Assembly: GCF_004010195.1 (NCBI RefSeq)
Contig: NC_057759.1
Span: forward strand, 1,285,212-1,349,211
Reading direction: 5' to 3'
DNA length: 64,000 nucleotides
Source of the DNA: Chiloscyllium plagiosum
Taxonomy: Eukaryota
How positions within the stretch are numbered: position 1 is the stretch's first letter; each line of letters starts with the position of its first letter. Of the stretch, positions 38,050-50,613 are shown piece by piece. The position numbers were made by a program, and so were the translations under genes. Below the pieces are notes generated by a model. The model was not told where the DNA came from. It searched no databases and saw only the letters and a program-made list of their open reading frames with translations.

Positions 38050-39070
38050 TTGGATGGACAACTTACTGGACATCAAACTTCAGAATGAAGTGACAGGATG
38101 TGCATCTCTCATCCATTTGCAGTTCCTTACCTCCATTGTGCCATGCCAAGTGGTGCTGTGGGTGTGAAATTCACTACCAGAGAGAGAAGTCGGGGGAATC
38201 CGTTTAAATACAAAGCAATGGAAAGTGTTTTGGATATAGGCAGAGGAGGAGATTGAGAGACAATTTTATGGAAGGATAGGTTCAGAGGTTTGAGAATGCT
38301 GAAATGAAGATTTTTCGATAACATCCTGCAAAATGAGCCAGCGTTTACAATAATGGGTGAAAAGGATATTCGTGTGAGGTCAGGAGTTGCAGATGTTTGG
38401 ATGAACATTTGTTCTGCAGTTTTGTAACTGTGAGTGGAGTCAGCACAGTCTTCTACTAATTGGGCTGAATCTAACAATAATTTTTCTCAGTGTGGTTTTC
38501 ATTGTGTGTGACAGAAGCAGCATCTGCACGAAGCTGAGCTCATTTCCTGGTGCTATCCTATCAAAATGTCCTCATTAACAGTCTACCCCACCCCATGGTG
38601 TCCCTCTCATTCAATGCCAGCCCGATTCTCTCACCCATCACGGCACCATCGCCTGGATACCCCTGGATATTCCGTGATCGCTGGCACTGGTGTCATCTTT
38701 TAAATGTCAATGGGCATACTGTTGAGCTTTCTCAGTTCAGAACTGCCCTGTACAGTTTACCCTGAGTATGGCACATAAGGGACAATTACGCCATATTTTA
38801 TCAACAGTGGCATGGAGCGCTTGGTGGATGGGCTAGTACAGAGGAGGATCATTCTCTTCGCAGAGAAGTCCACACCAACAGACCAACCGAGTTTGGTCTG
38901 AGCTCACCACTCACCTCAGTGCAATCTCTGCGGTCTGAAGAAATGCCCATCAATATAGGACTAGCATCAGTAGTATTCTCCATTTTGCCAGGATAAGTGT
39001 CACTGTATTCTGTCTGCATCCTCATTCTCACTGTACACCTGTTAAAGGATTACACACGAACAAGGCTTAT
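38050..39070 (-). mobile_element. Degenerate CR1/L2-group LINE fragment
   Basis: Antisense LINE-like segments (tgccatgccaagtggtgctgtgggtgtg). Confidence 0.4.
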
Positions 39071-40554
39071 GTTCCACTCCTCTAACTACTGCATGCAGCA
39101 TCTTCATTCCTCTCTTTCTCTCTCTCTCTTTCTCTCTCTCTCTCTATCCTCTGTCTCGCTTATGCATTAACACCCAAACGGTTATGGAATATTCTGGAGG
39201 ATGCTACTTTACGCATTGTCTGGATGATGTCGTTTGTCGAATGTTCCAGATATTTTTTCAAACAATTCCCATATTCACGAAAGTATCTGTCAACCAGCCT
39301 CTAACACATTAGTGAAACCACCACAGTTGTATATTATTTTCCAATCCCACAGGGAAAATGTGCATCATAAGGCCATTCATCTCTTCAAACCTGCTTCACA
39401 ATTCACTCAAAGGCAACGTCTTAACATTTGATTCATTATAGAAACACAAGGCCTACCAGAGAACGTTTGTATTTTGTCCTCAGTCGTTACCTTTATCATT
39501 ATTTGGCTTATAGCTGCTTCATTGTACTCAAAGTTTCAAGGCCCTTTATCTGTGACTGTTTCTATCTATAGCAGTTTCGTAGTCTCCCACTTTATAGGCT
39601 GGACGTCTGCTTTGTGGTGCAGAGGGAGGCCAACAGGGCAGGTTCAGTTCCTCAGACTGACAGAAGTTAACGTGAAGGGCCTACTTTCTCAACCTCTTCC
39701 CCTTAATCGAGGTGTCGTGACTGTCAAATTAAACGACTACGAGTGGTGCCTCGCTAATGAGAGAGTGTCATCAGGGATGATGGCGATTTTGTTTGATCAC
39801 TGTTTAATTCTTTTGAACTTTTCTTACATTGCTATTTCAATTCCCATTGTATTTCTGGATGTTCTGATCATCCACAGTATCGTTTTATACCACGGCCATC
39901 ATTTCTTCCGAGACTTAATATTCCTGCCTACTCCCCAGTAATCTTTCACTCCATTGTTATTCATGAATTTTTGTGCCTGTGTCTCAAAAAATACTCAATG
40001 TCTACCTGCAATGTACTCTGAGGAGAGAGGTCCAAATTCTCACAACACTCTGAGAAAAGAAAACAAATCTCCTTGTCTCCTCATTGGATGGAAAATTATT
40101 TTTCAAAGAAAGCAAAAAGACATAAAATGCGACTGCTAGCTGTACTTTAATTCAACTCTGTCAGAAGGACCTGTTGCAGAAGCTGTACCCAGTCGGACTG
40201 AGAATACATCCGGGAGGCTGTTGATAATGTTTTTTTTTCTGGTCGCCTTAACTGAGAAAGGATACAGTTTCATTTGAAGCTACCGTTGCTAATCTTATTG
40301 AATAAAACAAAACCTTGAGCAGAATTTTGTCAATGCTTGATGGATGCCTGTATTGTACAAATACTCCAAGCCCTCTTTCTAGACTTCACCTTTCTGCAAA
40401 TTCTGCTCCAGATTTTGTCACGTTACAGAATAGATTCAATCTGAATACAAACCCCATACCCCACTCAGAGTTATCTCAACTAAATCCTCTGTTTTCCCTG
40501 AATGTAACATTGCAGAACACGACTTCGAGTAAAATGATCAGTCATTTTCCAATG

Positions 40555-41880
40555 ACAGAACATAAGAAATAGGAGTAAGCGTAGGCCATTCGGTCCCTCA
40601 AGCCTGCCCTTTCATTCAATAAAAACATGACCGATCTGTCTGAGGGCTGAACTTCATTTTCCTGACAACCTCTTCTATCCCATACCTTGCCAGTATGTCA
40701 AAAACCCATCCAACCCATCTGTAAATGCTCTCAGTGATCCAATCTCCAAAACTTCTCTGGTCTAGGGAATTCCAGACATTCAATGCCTTATGTGACAATG
40801 CATTCCTTTGCATTTAAGGTTTCAATCGATGTTCCTTATTCTTTATCTATGTCCCCGAGTTTTGGATCCTTCCCAGGAAGGGAAACACTTGCTCAACATC
40901 TATCTTGTCAATCCCCCTCTGTATCTTGCATGTATCAGTAATATCGCTGCTCATTCATTTCAATTACAATGGACAATCGACTCTCCATTCTTGACATTCT
41001 TGATAAATCAAAACATTCATCCCAGGAATCAACCTAATGAACCAATCTGGTGACTTGCTGCACCAGCATACTTACTTGATGCTGCATACACAGGAGCACC
41101 CCAATCCCTTTGTATTGCTCTTTTGTTTGTACTCCTCTCCATTAAACAATAACCAGGCTTGCAATTCTCAGTGCCAAAGTGCATGACCTCATCATTTGTT
41201 TGTACAATAAATTTCATCTGTGAATTATTTGCCTCCTCACTGAGCTTCCATGCATCGACTTTCCGATTCCTCACATCTTACTCAACATACTTTTGCGTCA
41301 CCTGCAAACTCAGATATATATATTACACTCAACCCCAGCCTTCATGGCATGTAAATAAGTGCTGCCATAGGACTGATAGTTGTGAAACACCACAAGATAT
41401 ATTCTTTTATCCTGATAAAGACCTATTCTCCCTGACTCCCAAACGTCCGTGTGTTAACCAATCCTCAGTCCATGCTCAAGCAGTATCCGTCATAAATGAG
41501 CTACTCTCTTGTATAAGGATCTTTATTTTGTCGTACTTACAGAAAATATCTAGAAACTTCAATTAACTGTCCACAGTTCCTCTTCATCAAGCCAGCTTTT
41601 TATATTCTTAGGGATCTCCAGCGGACGTTTTCATTATTTTATGCAGCAAACATCATCCCCCTTTCACAAAACCATGTTGACTCTGCGTGAAGCCTTTCGA
41701 CATACCTTGCTATTCCTTCCATAATAACGGACTCCAGCAGATTCTAGGCAATAATTGATAGGCTAAATGGCATAGAGGTTCCTGCTTTCTGTTTCATTCC
41801 CTTGTCGAAGACAGGCGCCACACTGGAGCTTCTCCAGTTTCGCTGGAACATTCCCATAATCCAGAGAGTTATGGAATATT
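40555..41880 (-). mobile_element. Old CR1 fragment
   Basis: agaacataagaaataggagtaagcgtaggccattcgg tail; EVMHFG motif. Confidence 0.75.
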
Positions 41881-41889
41881 TCACACCGT

Positions 41890-43540
41890 GCCAGAATTTC
41901 CCAGAAGACTGGAGGCTCGCAAATGTTTACTTTTACTTAAGAAGGGTTGCAAAGAGATACCTGAGAGCTGTAGACCAGCAAGTGTAATATCTGTGTCAAG
42001 TAGTTTAGTTGAGAAGATTCTGAGAGAAAACATATATATATATTTTGGAAGACAGGGTTTGATGAAGAGTCATCAGCATGGCTTTGTGCGTGGAAGATCA
42101 TGCCTCACAAATTTGTGCTTTGATGAAGTGACTAGAAAGCTGTCGAGGGCAAAATGGTAGGCTCAGTCTACCGTTATGGAGGCGAAAGTGAGACCTGCAG
42201 ATGCTAGAGATTAGAATCGAGAGAGTGATGCTGTGTCAAGCAGTATCCGAGGAGCAGCAGAATCGACGGTTCGGACGTTGCTGTTGAAGGGCTTTTGCCC
42301 AAAACGTTGAATCTCCTGGTCTTTGGATGTTGCCTGACCTGCTGGGCTTTTTCAGCACCACAATCTCATTCGAGATGGAGTTCAGTAGAGCCTTCGATAA
42401 GGTTCCACATGACAGGCAGTTTGTAAAGTAATTTTGAATGGAATTCAGGAGGCACTGGCAAATTGGATAAACAACTGGCTTGATGGCGGGAAGCTGAGGG
42501 CAACATTGGAAGGATATTTCTTGGATTGAAGGCCTGTGACGAGTGGTATGCCTCAGAAGTCAGTGCTGGGCACATTGCTGTTTGTTATCTATGTTTATAA
42601 AATTGCTGATAATGTACAAGGCATTATTAGTAAGTTTACTAATGACACTAAAATAGCAGGTATTGTGGACAGTGACGAAGGTTATCAAAAATTGAAGCAG
42701 GGCCTTTATCAGCTGGAGAAGTGGGCCAACAAATTGCAAATGGAGTTTAATATAGGTAAGTGCGACGTCTGGTATTTTGAAATGCAAATAAAATGATGAA
42801 TTTTATGGTGAATGGTATGGCCTTTGGAAGTGTAGTGGAACAAAATGACCTTAAATTTCAGGCACATGGTTCTCAGAAAGTGGACTCACAGATAGGCAGG
42901 GCAGTGAAGAAGATTAATGTCACACTGTCCGTCATCAATCAGGGCATTGAGTATAGTAGTTGGGAAGTTATGTTGCAGTTGTACAGGACGTTGATGAAAC
43001 TGCACTTAAATTGTTCTGTTCAGTTTTGGTCATCTTATTATTGGGAGGATTAATTAAACTGGAAAGAGTTGAGAAGAATTAACAAAGATGTTGCCTGACT
43101 CAATAGTTTGAGTTTAAGGGACTGGTTGGACAATCTAGGACTCTTCTCGTTAAAGCATAGGAGACTGAGAACTAATCTTATCGAGTTGTATAAGATCATG
43201 AGAGGCACGGATAGGGTGCGTGCACTCAATATTTTGCCCAGGGTTGGGGGCTCAATGACTAGATGGCATTAGTTCAAAGTTAACGTGGAAATAATAAAAG
43301 GGAATCCGAAGGGAAACTTTTGTATACAGAGGGCGGTACACATATGGAATGAATTGCCAGCAGAAGTAGTTGAGGTGGATAAATGAACAAAGTTTATAAG
43401 GCATTTGGACAATGACATGGATAGGAAAGGTTTAGAAGGGTATGGGCCAAGTGTTAGTGTGGATGGACAATTTTGTCAGGACGGACCAGTTTGGGCCAAA
43501 GTGCTTGTCTCCGTGTGTGGGCCTCTATGGCTCTATAAAT
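41890..43540 (+). mobile_element. CR1 RT to 3' end, interrupted by a PLE pLTR pair
   Basis: QHGFVRGRSCLTNL, SGMPQKSVLG, KFTNDTKI; tail gcttgtctccgtgtgtgggcctctatggctctat. Confidence 0.9.
42178..42367 (-). mobile_element. Head-to-head PLE pLTR pair
   Basis: Minus copy 42178-42276 with the complete 3' end; plus copy 42281-42367 starting ctgttgaagggcttttgcccaaaacgtt. Confidence 0.8.
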
Positions 43541-43930
43541 TGAATAACATTTGAATGAAACGCTCATTCTTCCTTTTGTCAAGAGAACAAATAATATTTG
43601 AACTCATCAAAATGACACCAAAACTGTGGTCCAGTCGACAGTGAAGAAGATTACCACGTGGTACAAAGGGACCCTTCACCATAAGACGGCCAATGAGTGG
43701 CAGATGGAGTTCAATTTACATATTTTTGAGGCGTTTTGTTTTGGTAAGATAAAACCCTGGAGAGTGTTGCTCAACAAAGACTGGAGTCAGAGGTAGACAG
43801 GGTGGTGAATAACACTTTGAAGTATGTGTTTTATTCTTTCGGAGCAGAGAATATAGGATTGTGGTTAAATACTGCTCCTGTACAGGACATTGGTGAGACC
43901 ACTTTAAGCATACCACGTGCAATTCAGTTC

Positions 43931-46522
43931 AGAGTCATAGAGATGTACAGCATGGAAACAGACCCTTCAGTCCAATCCGTCCATGCTGACCGGATATTCC
44001 AAGCCAATCTAGTCCCACCTGCCAGCACACGGCCCATATCCCTCCATCCCTTCCTATTCATATACACATCCAGATGCCTCTTTAATGTTGCAATTTAACA
44101 AGCCTCCACCACTTCCTCTGGCAGCTCATTCCATACACGTACCACCGTCTGCGTGAAAAATTTGCCCCTTAGCTCTCTTTTATATCTTTCCCCTCTCACC
44201 CTAAACCTATGCCCTCTAGTTCTGGGCTCCCCGACCCCAGGGAAAATATGTTGTCTATTTATTCTATCCATGCCCTTCATAATTTTGTAAACCTCTATAA
44301 GGTCACCCCTCAGCCTCCGACACTTCAGGGAAAACAGCCCCAGNNNNNNNNNNNNNNNNNNNNNNNNNNNNNNNNNNNNNNNNNNNNNNNNNNNNNNNNN
44401 NNNNNNNNNNNNNNNNNNNNNNNNNNNNNNNNNNNNNNNNNNNNNNNNNNNNNNNNNNNNNNNNNNNNNNNNNNNNNNNNNNNNCATGCAATATTCCAAC
44501 AGTGGCCTAACCAATGTCCTGTACAGCCGCAACATGACCTCCCAACTCCTGTACTCAAAATTCTGAACAATAAAGGAAGGCATACCAAAGGCCATCTTCA
44601 CTATCCTACCGACCTGCGATTCCACTTTCAAGGAGCTATGGACCTGTACGCCAAGGTTCAGCAACAGTCCCTAGGACCTTACCATAAAGTGTATAAGTCC
44701 TGCTAAGATTTGCTTTCCCAAACTGCAGCACTTCGCACTTGTCTGAATTAAACTCCATCTGCCACTTCTCAGCCCATTGGCCCATCTGGTCCAGGTCCTG
44801 TTGTAATCTGAGGTAACCCTCTTCGCTGTCTACTACACCTCCTATTTTGGTGTCATCTGCAAACTTACTAACTGTACCCCTTATGTTCGCATCCAATTCA
44901 TTTATGTCAATGACAAAAAGTAGAGGACCTAGCACCGATCCTTGTGGCACTCCACTGGTCACAGGCCTCAAGTCTGAAAAAACAACCCTCCATCACCACC
45001 CTCTGTCTTCTACCTTTGAGCCAGTTCTGTATCCAAATGGTTAGTTCTCCTTGTATTCCATGAGATCTAACCTTGTTAATCAGTCTCCCGTGGGGAACCT
45101 TGTCGAACGCTTTAGTGAAGTTCATATAGATCACATCTACTGCTCTTCCCTCATCAATCTTCTTTGTTATTTCTTCAAAAAAAAACTCAAGTTTGTGAGA
45201 CATGATTTCCCACGCACAAAGCCATGTTGACTATCCCTAATCAGTCCTTGCCTTTCCAAATACATGTGCATCCTGTCCCTCAGGATTCCCTCCAACAACT
45301 TGCCCACCACTGAGGTCAGGCTCACTGGTCTATAGTTCCCTGGCTTGTCTTTACCGCCCTTCTTAAACAGTGGCACCACGTTTAACAACCTCCAGTCTTC
45401 CGGCAGCTAACCTGTGACTATCGATGATGCAAATATCTCAGCAAGAGGCCCAGCAATCACTTCTCTAGCTTCCCACAGAGTTCTCGGATTCACCTGATCA
45501 GGTACTGGGGATTTATCCACCTTTAACCATTATAAGACATTCAGCACTTCCTCCTCTGTAATCTGGACATGTTGCTAGATGTCATCCTTTTATTTCCCTA
45601 CAGTCTATATCTTCCATATCCTTTTCCACAGTACATACTGATGCAAAATATTCAATTAGTATCTCCCCCATTTTCTGTGGTTCCACACAAAGGCCGCCGT
45701 GCTGGTCTTTGAGGGGCCCTAATCACTCCCTTTTGTCCTTAATTTATTGGTAAAAACCCTTTGGATTCTCCTTAATTCTATTTGCCAAAGCTATCTCATG
45801 TCCCCGTTTTTCCCTCCTGATTTCCCTCATAAGTATACTCCTACTTTCGTTCTACTCTTCTCAGCATTCATTCGATCTATCCTGTCTATACCTGACATGT
45901 GCTTCCTTCTTTTTCTTAACCATACCCTCAATTTCTTTAGTCATCCAGCATTCCCCATACCTACCAGCCTTCCCTTTCACCCTGACAGGAATATACTTTC
46001 TCTGAATTCTTGTTATCTCATTTCTGAAGGCTTCCCATTTTCCAGCCGTCCCTTTAACTGCGAACATCTGCCTCCATTCAGCTTGCCTAATACCGCCAAA
46101 AGTGGCCCTTCTCCAATTCAGAATTTCAACTTTTAGATCGCTCTATCTTTTTCCATCACAGTTTTAAAACCAATAGAATTATGGTCTCTTGTCCCAAAGT
46201 GCTCCTCCACGAACACTTCAGTCACCTGCCCTGCCTTATTTCCCAAGAGTAGGTCAAGTTTTACACCTACTCTGGTTGGTACATCCACATACTGAATCAG
46301 AAAATTGTCTTGTTCGCACTTAAGAAATTCCTCTCCATCTAAACCTTTCACACTATGGCAGTCCCAGTCGACGTTTGGAAAGTTTGGAAAGTCGCCTACC
46401 ATAACTACTCTGTTATTCTTACAGATAGCTGAGATCTCCTTACAAGCTTGTCTCTCAATTTCCCTCTGACTATTAGGGTGTCTATAATACAATCCCAATA
46501 AGGTGATCATCCTTTTCTTATT
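43931..46522 (-). mobile_element. Young 5'-truncated CR1 (HER1-like) LINE nested in an older plus-strand CR1 (43680-43930 / 46523-47020)
   Basis: Endonuclease tail (VMVGDFPNF, LDLLLGN, DHN), NYRPVSLTS, KAFDKVPH, GVPQGSVLGPLLF, KFADD; frameshifts; spans the 141-N gap. Confidence 0.95.
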
Positions 46523-48310
46523 TTGCTCTGCTAGAGGAAGGATTGTTAAACTTGAGACAGTGCAGAAAAGATTTATAACGATTTTCGGGTACTGAAGGAT
46601 TTGAGCTACAGGAAATCGCTGAATAGATTGAGCCTTTCACATTTGGACTATCAGAGGCTATTGGCGACATGAAGGATGTTTATAAAGTCATGACATTCAT
46701 GGGTAGTCTGAATAGCCAAGGTTTTTTTTAGCAAAGGGGAGTCCAGAACTACAGGGCATACGTTTTAAGACGGAAGGGGAAGGATTTAGAAGGTATGTTA
46801 GTGGTAACGTATTCAGGTAGAAGGTGGTTCGTGTACCTAAAGTACTGTCAGAGGAAGTGGTGGAGACTGACACGTTTAAAACATGCCTTGATAGGTACAT
46901 AATTAGGAATGCTTTAGAGAGTAATCTCCAAAAGCTACCAAATTGAACTAGGTCAGTCGAGGATACCTGACCGGTGTGGACAAGTTGATGTAAAGGGTCT
47001 GTTTCTGTGCCATATCACGTTCTGAGTGATGAGGAGAAATTCTGAAAGTGCTTTTGGAGTGAGAATTCTCGTTCCAGAAGTTTGTGATGCCTCTATGTTC
47101 AATTTTTTCTAACGTTGAGTTCGTTAAATATTTGACATGCAAGGGAGTCATGGATAATGGGATACTGACAGGAAAGTGGGGCTGAGACCACAACTAGAGC
47201 AGCCCCATTCTTCGTGCCTGTTGGACAAAGTTCAAAGTGAATAATGATTCACTCCTGCTCCTTAGTCCTACATTCTTATGTCCCATTGAACGCCTCAAAC
47301 CTGCTAAACAGGAGGACTTGGAGGTTTTAGACTGCTATCACAAGATGCACAGAAACAGAGGAGTCCCTCAAGAGTGTCACACACGTTAGGGGTGATTTGA
47401 AAAATGCAACTGAAAAACCAAACTGTATATAAACCGCAGACCCTCATTCGTCTTTATAGAGCTCACAAACTTTGAATCTTTATAGAGCTTCCCCTCTATG
47501 CAACTTTTACTTCATTTGTTAGTCATGTTGTGGACCTTTTTCACTGTGAACACAGCCCCCATAACACACCTAAAATTTCTGGAAGATTTTCTGTATCTTC
47601 CTCTGTCAGACAGAACTAATGTATTCCCCTCAGTTGGGGGTGGAGGTGGGTGGGGTGGGGAGTCTGGGTGGGCGGAACTGGCTTCCGTTACTGAGTAAAT
47701 ACATCAGAGCACAACACCTGGGAGATGATGGACATGGCGCCCACTCGTGTTCTGAAAATTCTACACTCATAGCAGTTTAATGCAACTGTTACTTCATGGT
47801 CACTGACAGCACAGTCCTCTCCCAAGTGTGAGGTTGCAGGTAATGCTAAAGCAGATGACATAAAGCTGTGACCGCTTCATTTTCGAATCAAATAGGCTTC
47901 CCACTTTGCACCTGGAGTAGGTCCAGGTATAGACAAGAATAATATTGTGATCAAAGTACTTGTAATTGGGAGAGTGACGAGAAGAGAACTGCAACCGGAA
48001 TGGTGAGACAATTGTTTATTTACAAACTGCGGCAGAAGTGTATTATGGAGGTAGCGGTGAAAAAGTTTAGTGTGAGAGAATATGGAGATATATGTCAGCG
48101 CAGGGCAAAATTGGCCACCGTGGTAGTGAACACCTCTGCTCCTCGTCATGTGTTTGTACGTGAAGAGTACGAACTTCATGTAATTGGAATGCAGTTTTTT
48201 GGCTGAAAGCGAATAAAATACTTCATATTTTTGCCAAACATAGATAACAGAAATAATGATGGCTTTCAGAACAATTTACAGAATTAATAAATAGACAGCG
48301 ATAGACTTAC

Positions 48311-48485
48311 CAGGTACACCAACAATAGCGAGGATGGCATAGTATCCGGCCTGAATAATCATCAGTACACATTCTATCCGAAATGTTAACCGTACCCAAT
48401 CCTGAGAAATATACTGAAGACCATAGGATAAACCCTTGTCCATTGTTGGAACATTCCAGTCGAATGTTCTCAGATTCTGATCCAT
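48311..48485 (-). pseudogene. GPR139/GPR142-like GPCR exon 1 (N-terminus and TM1)
   Basis: ATG at 48485, MDQNLRTFDWNVPTMDKG...IQAGYYAILAIVGVP-G|gtaagt; the phase-1 donor joins 20585 to restore GVPVN. Confidence 0.8.
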
Positions 48486-48937
48486 TGTTGGAACATTCGT
48501 GTCTACTGGTCTCAGATTCTGATCTCTCTCTCCCTCTGGAGTTGTTGCTCCCAATCGTGTTAAGGACGATGCTGCTGCTGAAACTATGGAATAACAAATT
48601 GAAAGAATCCCCTCACTTCAACAAGAGGGAAGCCCTCCAAGGACACAATTAGGTTTCATGGAGACTGATGTCAATCACACTCACTGAACAAACAGCTCCA
48701 GTTAATCCTTTGCACTGCAACACTCTTAATGGGACAAAAGAAGCTGGTCTGGGTGGCATGTTGTCATTGCCTGCTACTGGTCTTATCGACCATATCCAAT
48801 TAGTTAACAATGTTAGACGTAAGAGAGATGGACTATGGTTTCTCTTCACACGCTCGATGATTCTGTTGTGATATCCACATGTAATGCTCCATGTAACCTC
48901 GTTCCTAAAAGCCAATCGAGAGGTCGTTACTACACTC

Positions 48938-49003
48938 CTGATGAAGGGCTTTTGACCGAAACGTCGATTTTCCTGCTCCTCGGGTGCTGCTTGACCTGCT
49001 ATG
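48938..49003 (+). mobile_element. Short PLE pLTR fragment with hammerhead core (48938-48965)
   Basis: CTGATGAAGGGCTTTTGACCGAAACGTCGATTTTCCTGCTCCTCGG. Confidence 0.8.
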
Positions 49004-49013
49004 TTTCTATCTA

Positions 49014-49071
49014 TAGAGTGAAATCCCCTCTATCACACTCTATTCTGTAGAGTGAAATCCCCTCTATCACA
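49014..49071. repeat. 24-bp direct repeat, period 34
   Basis: TAGAGTGAAATCCCCTCTATCACA at 49014-49037 and 49048-49071. Confidence 0.85.
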
Positions 49072-50613
49072 ACAATTGTCAATCTAAAAACTATCTCTGG
49101 GCACAACTGCGGATTTCGCTGAACTCCGCTCCCACTGCTGTAAAAAGGCAATATTGCATCTTTAACAATAATTTGTTTATAAGGTGAAAACATGTTATTG
49201 CACAGTTTATATGCCTTTTTTCAGATTTTCTGGCCTTAGCCCAAAAGCAAATGTTGCATTTACAAATGCTATGTTCATTGGGATAAAAGAATCAGAGACA
49301 GAATGTATATCTCATTGGTTAAGGAACAGAAAGGAATATGAGACAGTACGTGTGGTGACTGGAGAGGATTAAAGTGATATCGCTCAGTCACCAGTTGATA
49401 CACATCTTGATACACAGAATAAAATAAAATGCAGGGATATAAATAGAATAAATTTGGAACAAGTAATGGCGAGTGCCAATGCAAATTAAACAGTGTAATT
49501 CGAAATGGAAGACAAGAAATGATTTAATATACACTGTTTAATCACTGTTTGTGCCGATAGATAAAATTGGTCATATGTGCAGAACCCTTCATTTATAATT
49601 TATGTAACATTAAACCTTTAATTGATCCTCAGACGAGTTCTTACATTTCCAATTTCTGTGATTCCCTGGCCAAGACACTCATTCTATTCGGGATATATAT
49701 TATATTATTCAGCTCCTCGTATCCCAACCTATTTCAACCAACCGCCTTTCTACCAGGAAATAAATGCTTTATCCTGCTGGGATCTATCACAACTTGTGTC
49801 GTCATATTATTGGATATAAAAGTTGTTGCTTTCGATCCAGAAGTTCAACATGTTACTCTGTTGTACTGCCACTGTACAAAGGATCACATTACACGGGAAT
49901 TGCCAGAACAAATAGAGAAGTCTACTTCTGTCGATAACCTAGTTTTCACTATTTTATTAATTTTCTCCTTATTATATCTGCTCCCTCTCTTTCTCTCTTG
50001 GTAGCCAGTTAATAAATCCTCCAATTGGTTTCGGTGCCTTATCTCTCAAAACTCCTTCTGTCAGTTCATATCTATTGGTAACACTTGGTTGGAAAGTGAT
50101 TGCAATTGAAAAACATAACTGAAAAAAAACAAGGGGCATGAGCTGGCCAGAGTTTATTGAAGGGCGAGCCTAGCAGGGAAGATGGTGAAGCAGCAATGAC
50201 AGGAGTCATTCGGACACAGCTGAAAATCATCTGAACGAAGAAGATGCATACTCAGGGAGGGCAAGGTAAATCTGGATGATAAGGGGAGTCAGGGACAGCA
50301 ATTAACCAAAAGCAAAAGTTAAAATGTGGTGAAGTTATTGAAAATCTAGGGGATGAATATAGAGGAGAACTAGTTCAAGTAATAGGGAGGATTAGATGAA
50401 ATACGACGGTAAGCTTTTTAATAATCTAACAGAAGATTGCAAGAGTTTTAGGATAAATAACAGCGAAGAGAGGCAAGCAAGAGGAAAGAAACTGTTGCAA
50501 AGTGGGCCTAGAATACTTATGGGAAACAATGAATTGGCAGAGAAAGTGAATACATGTTTTGCACCCGTCTTTACAGTAGAAGACGCCAGCAATCTGACAG
50601 AACATCAAGAGAG

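Noticed and set aside
49567..50004. 145-aa hydrophobic ORF (also 39474-39941)
   Set aside because: Non-ATG start, T-rich composition bias, no motif; the second overlaps a SINE.
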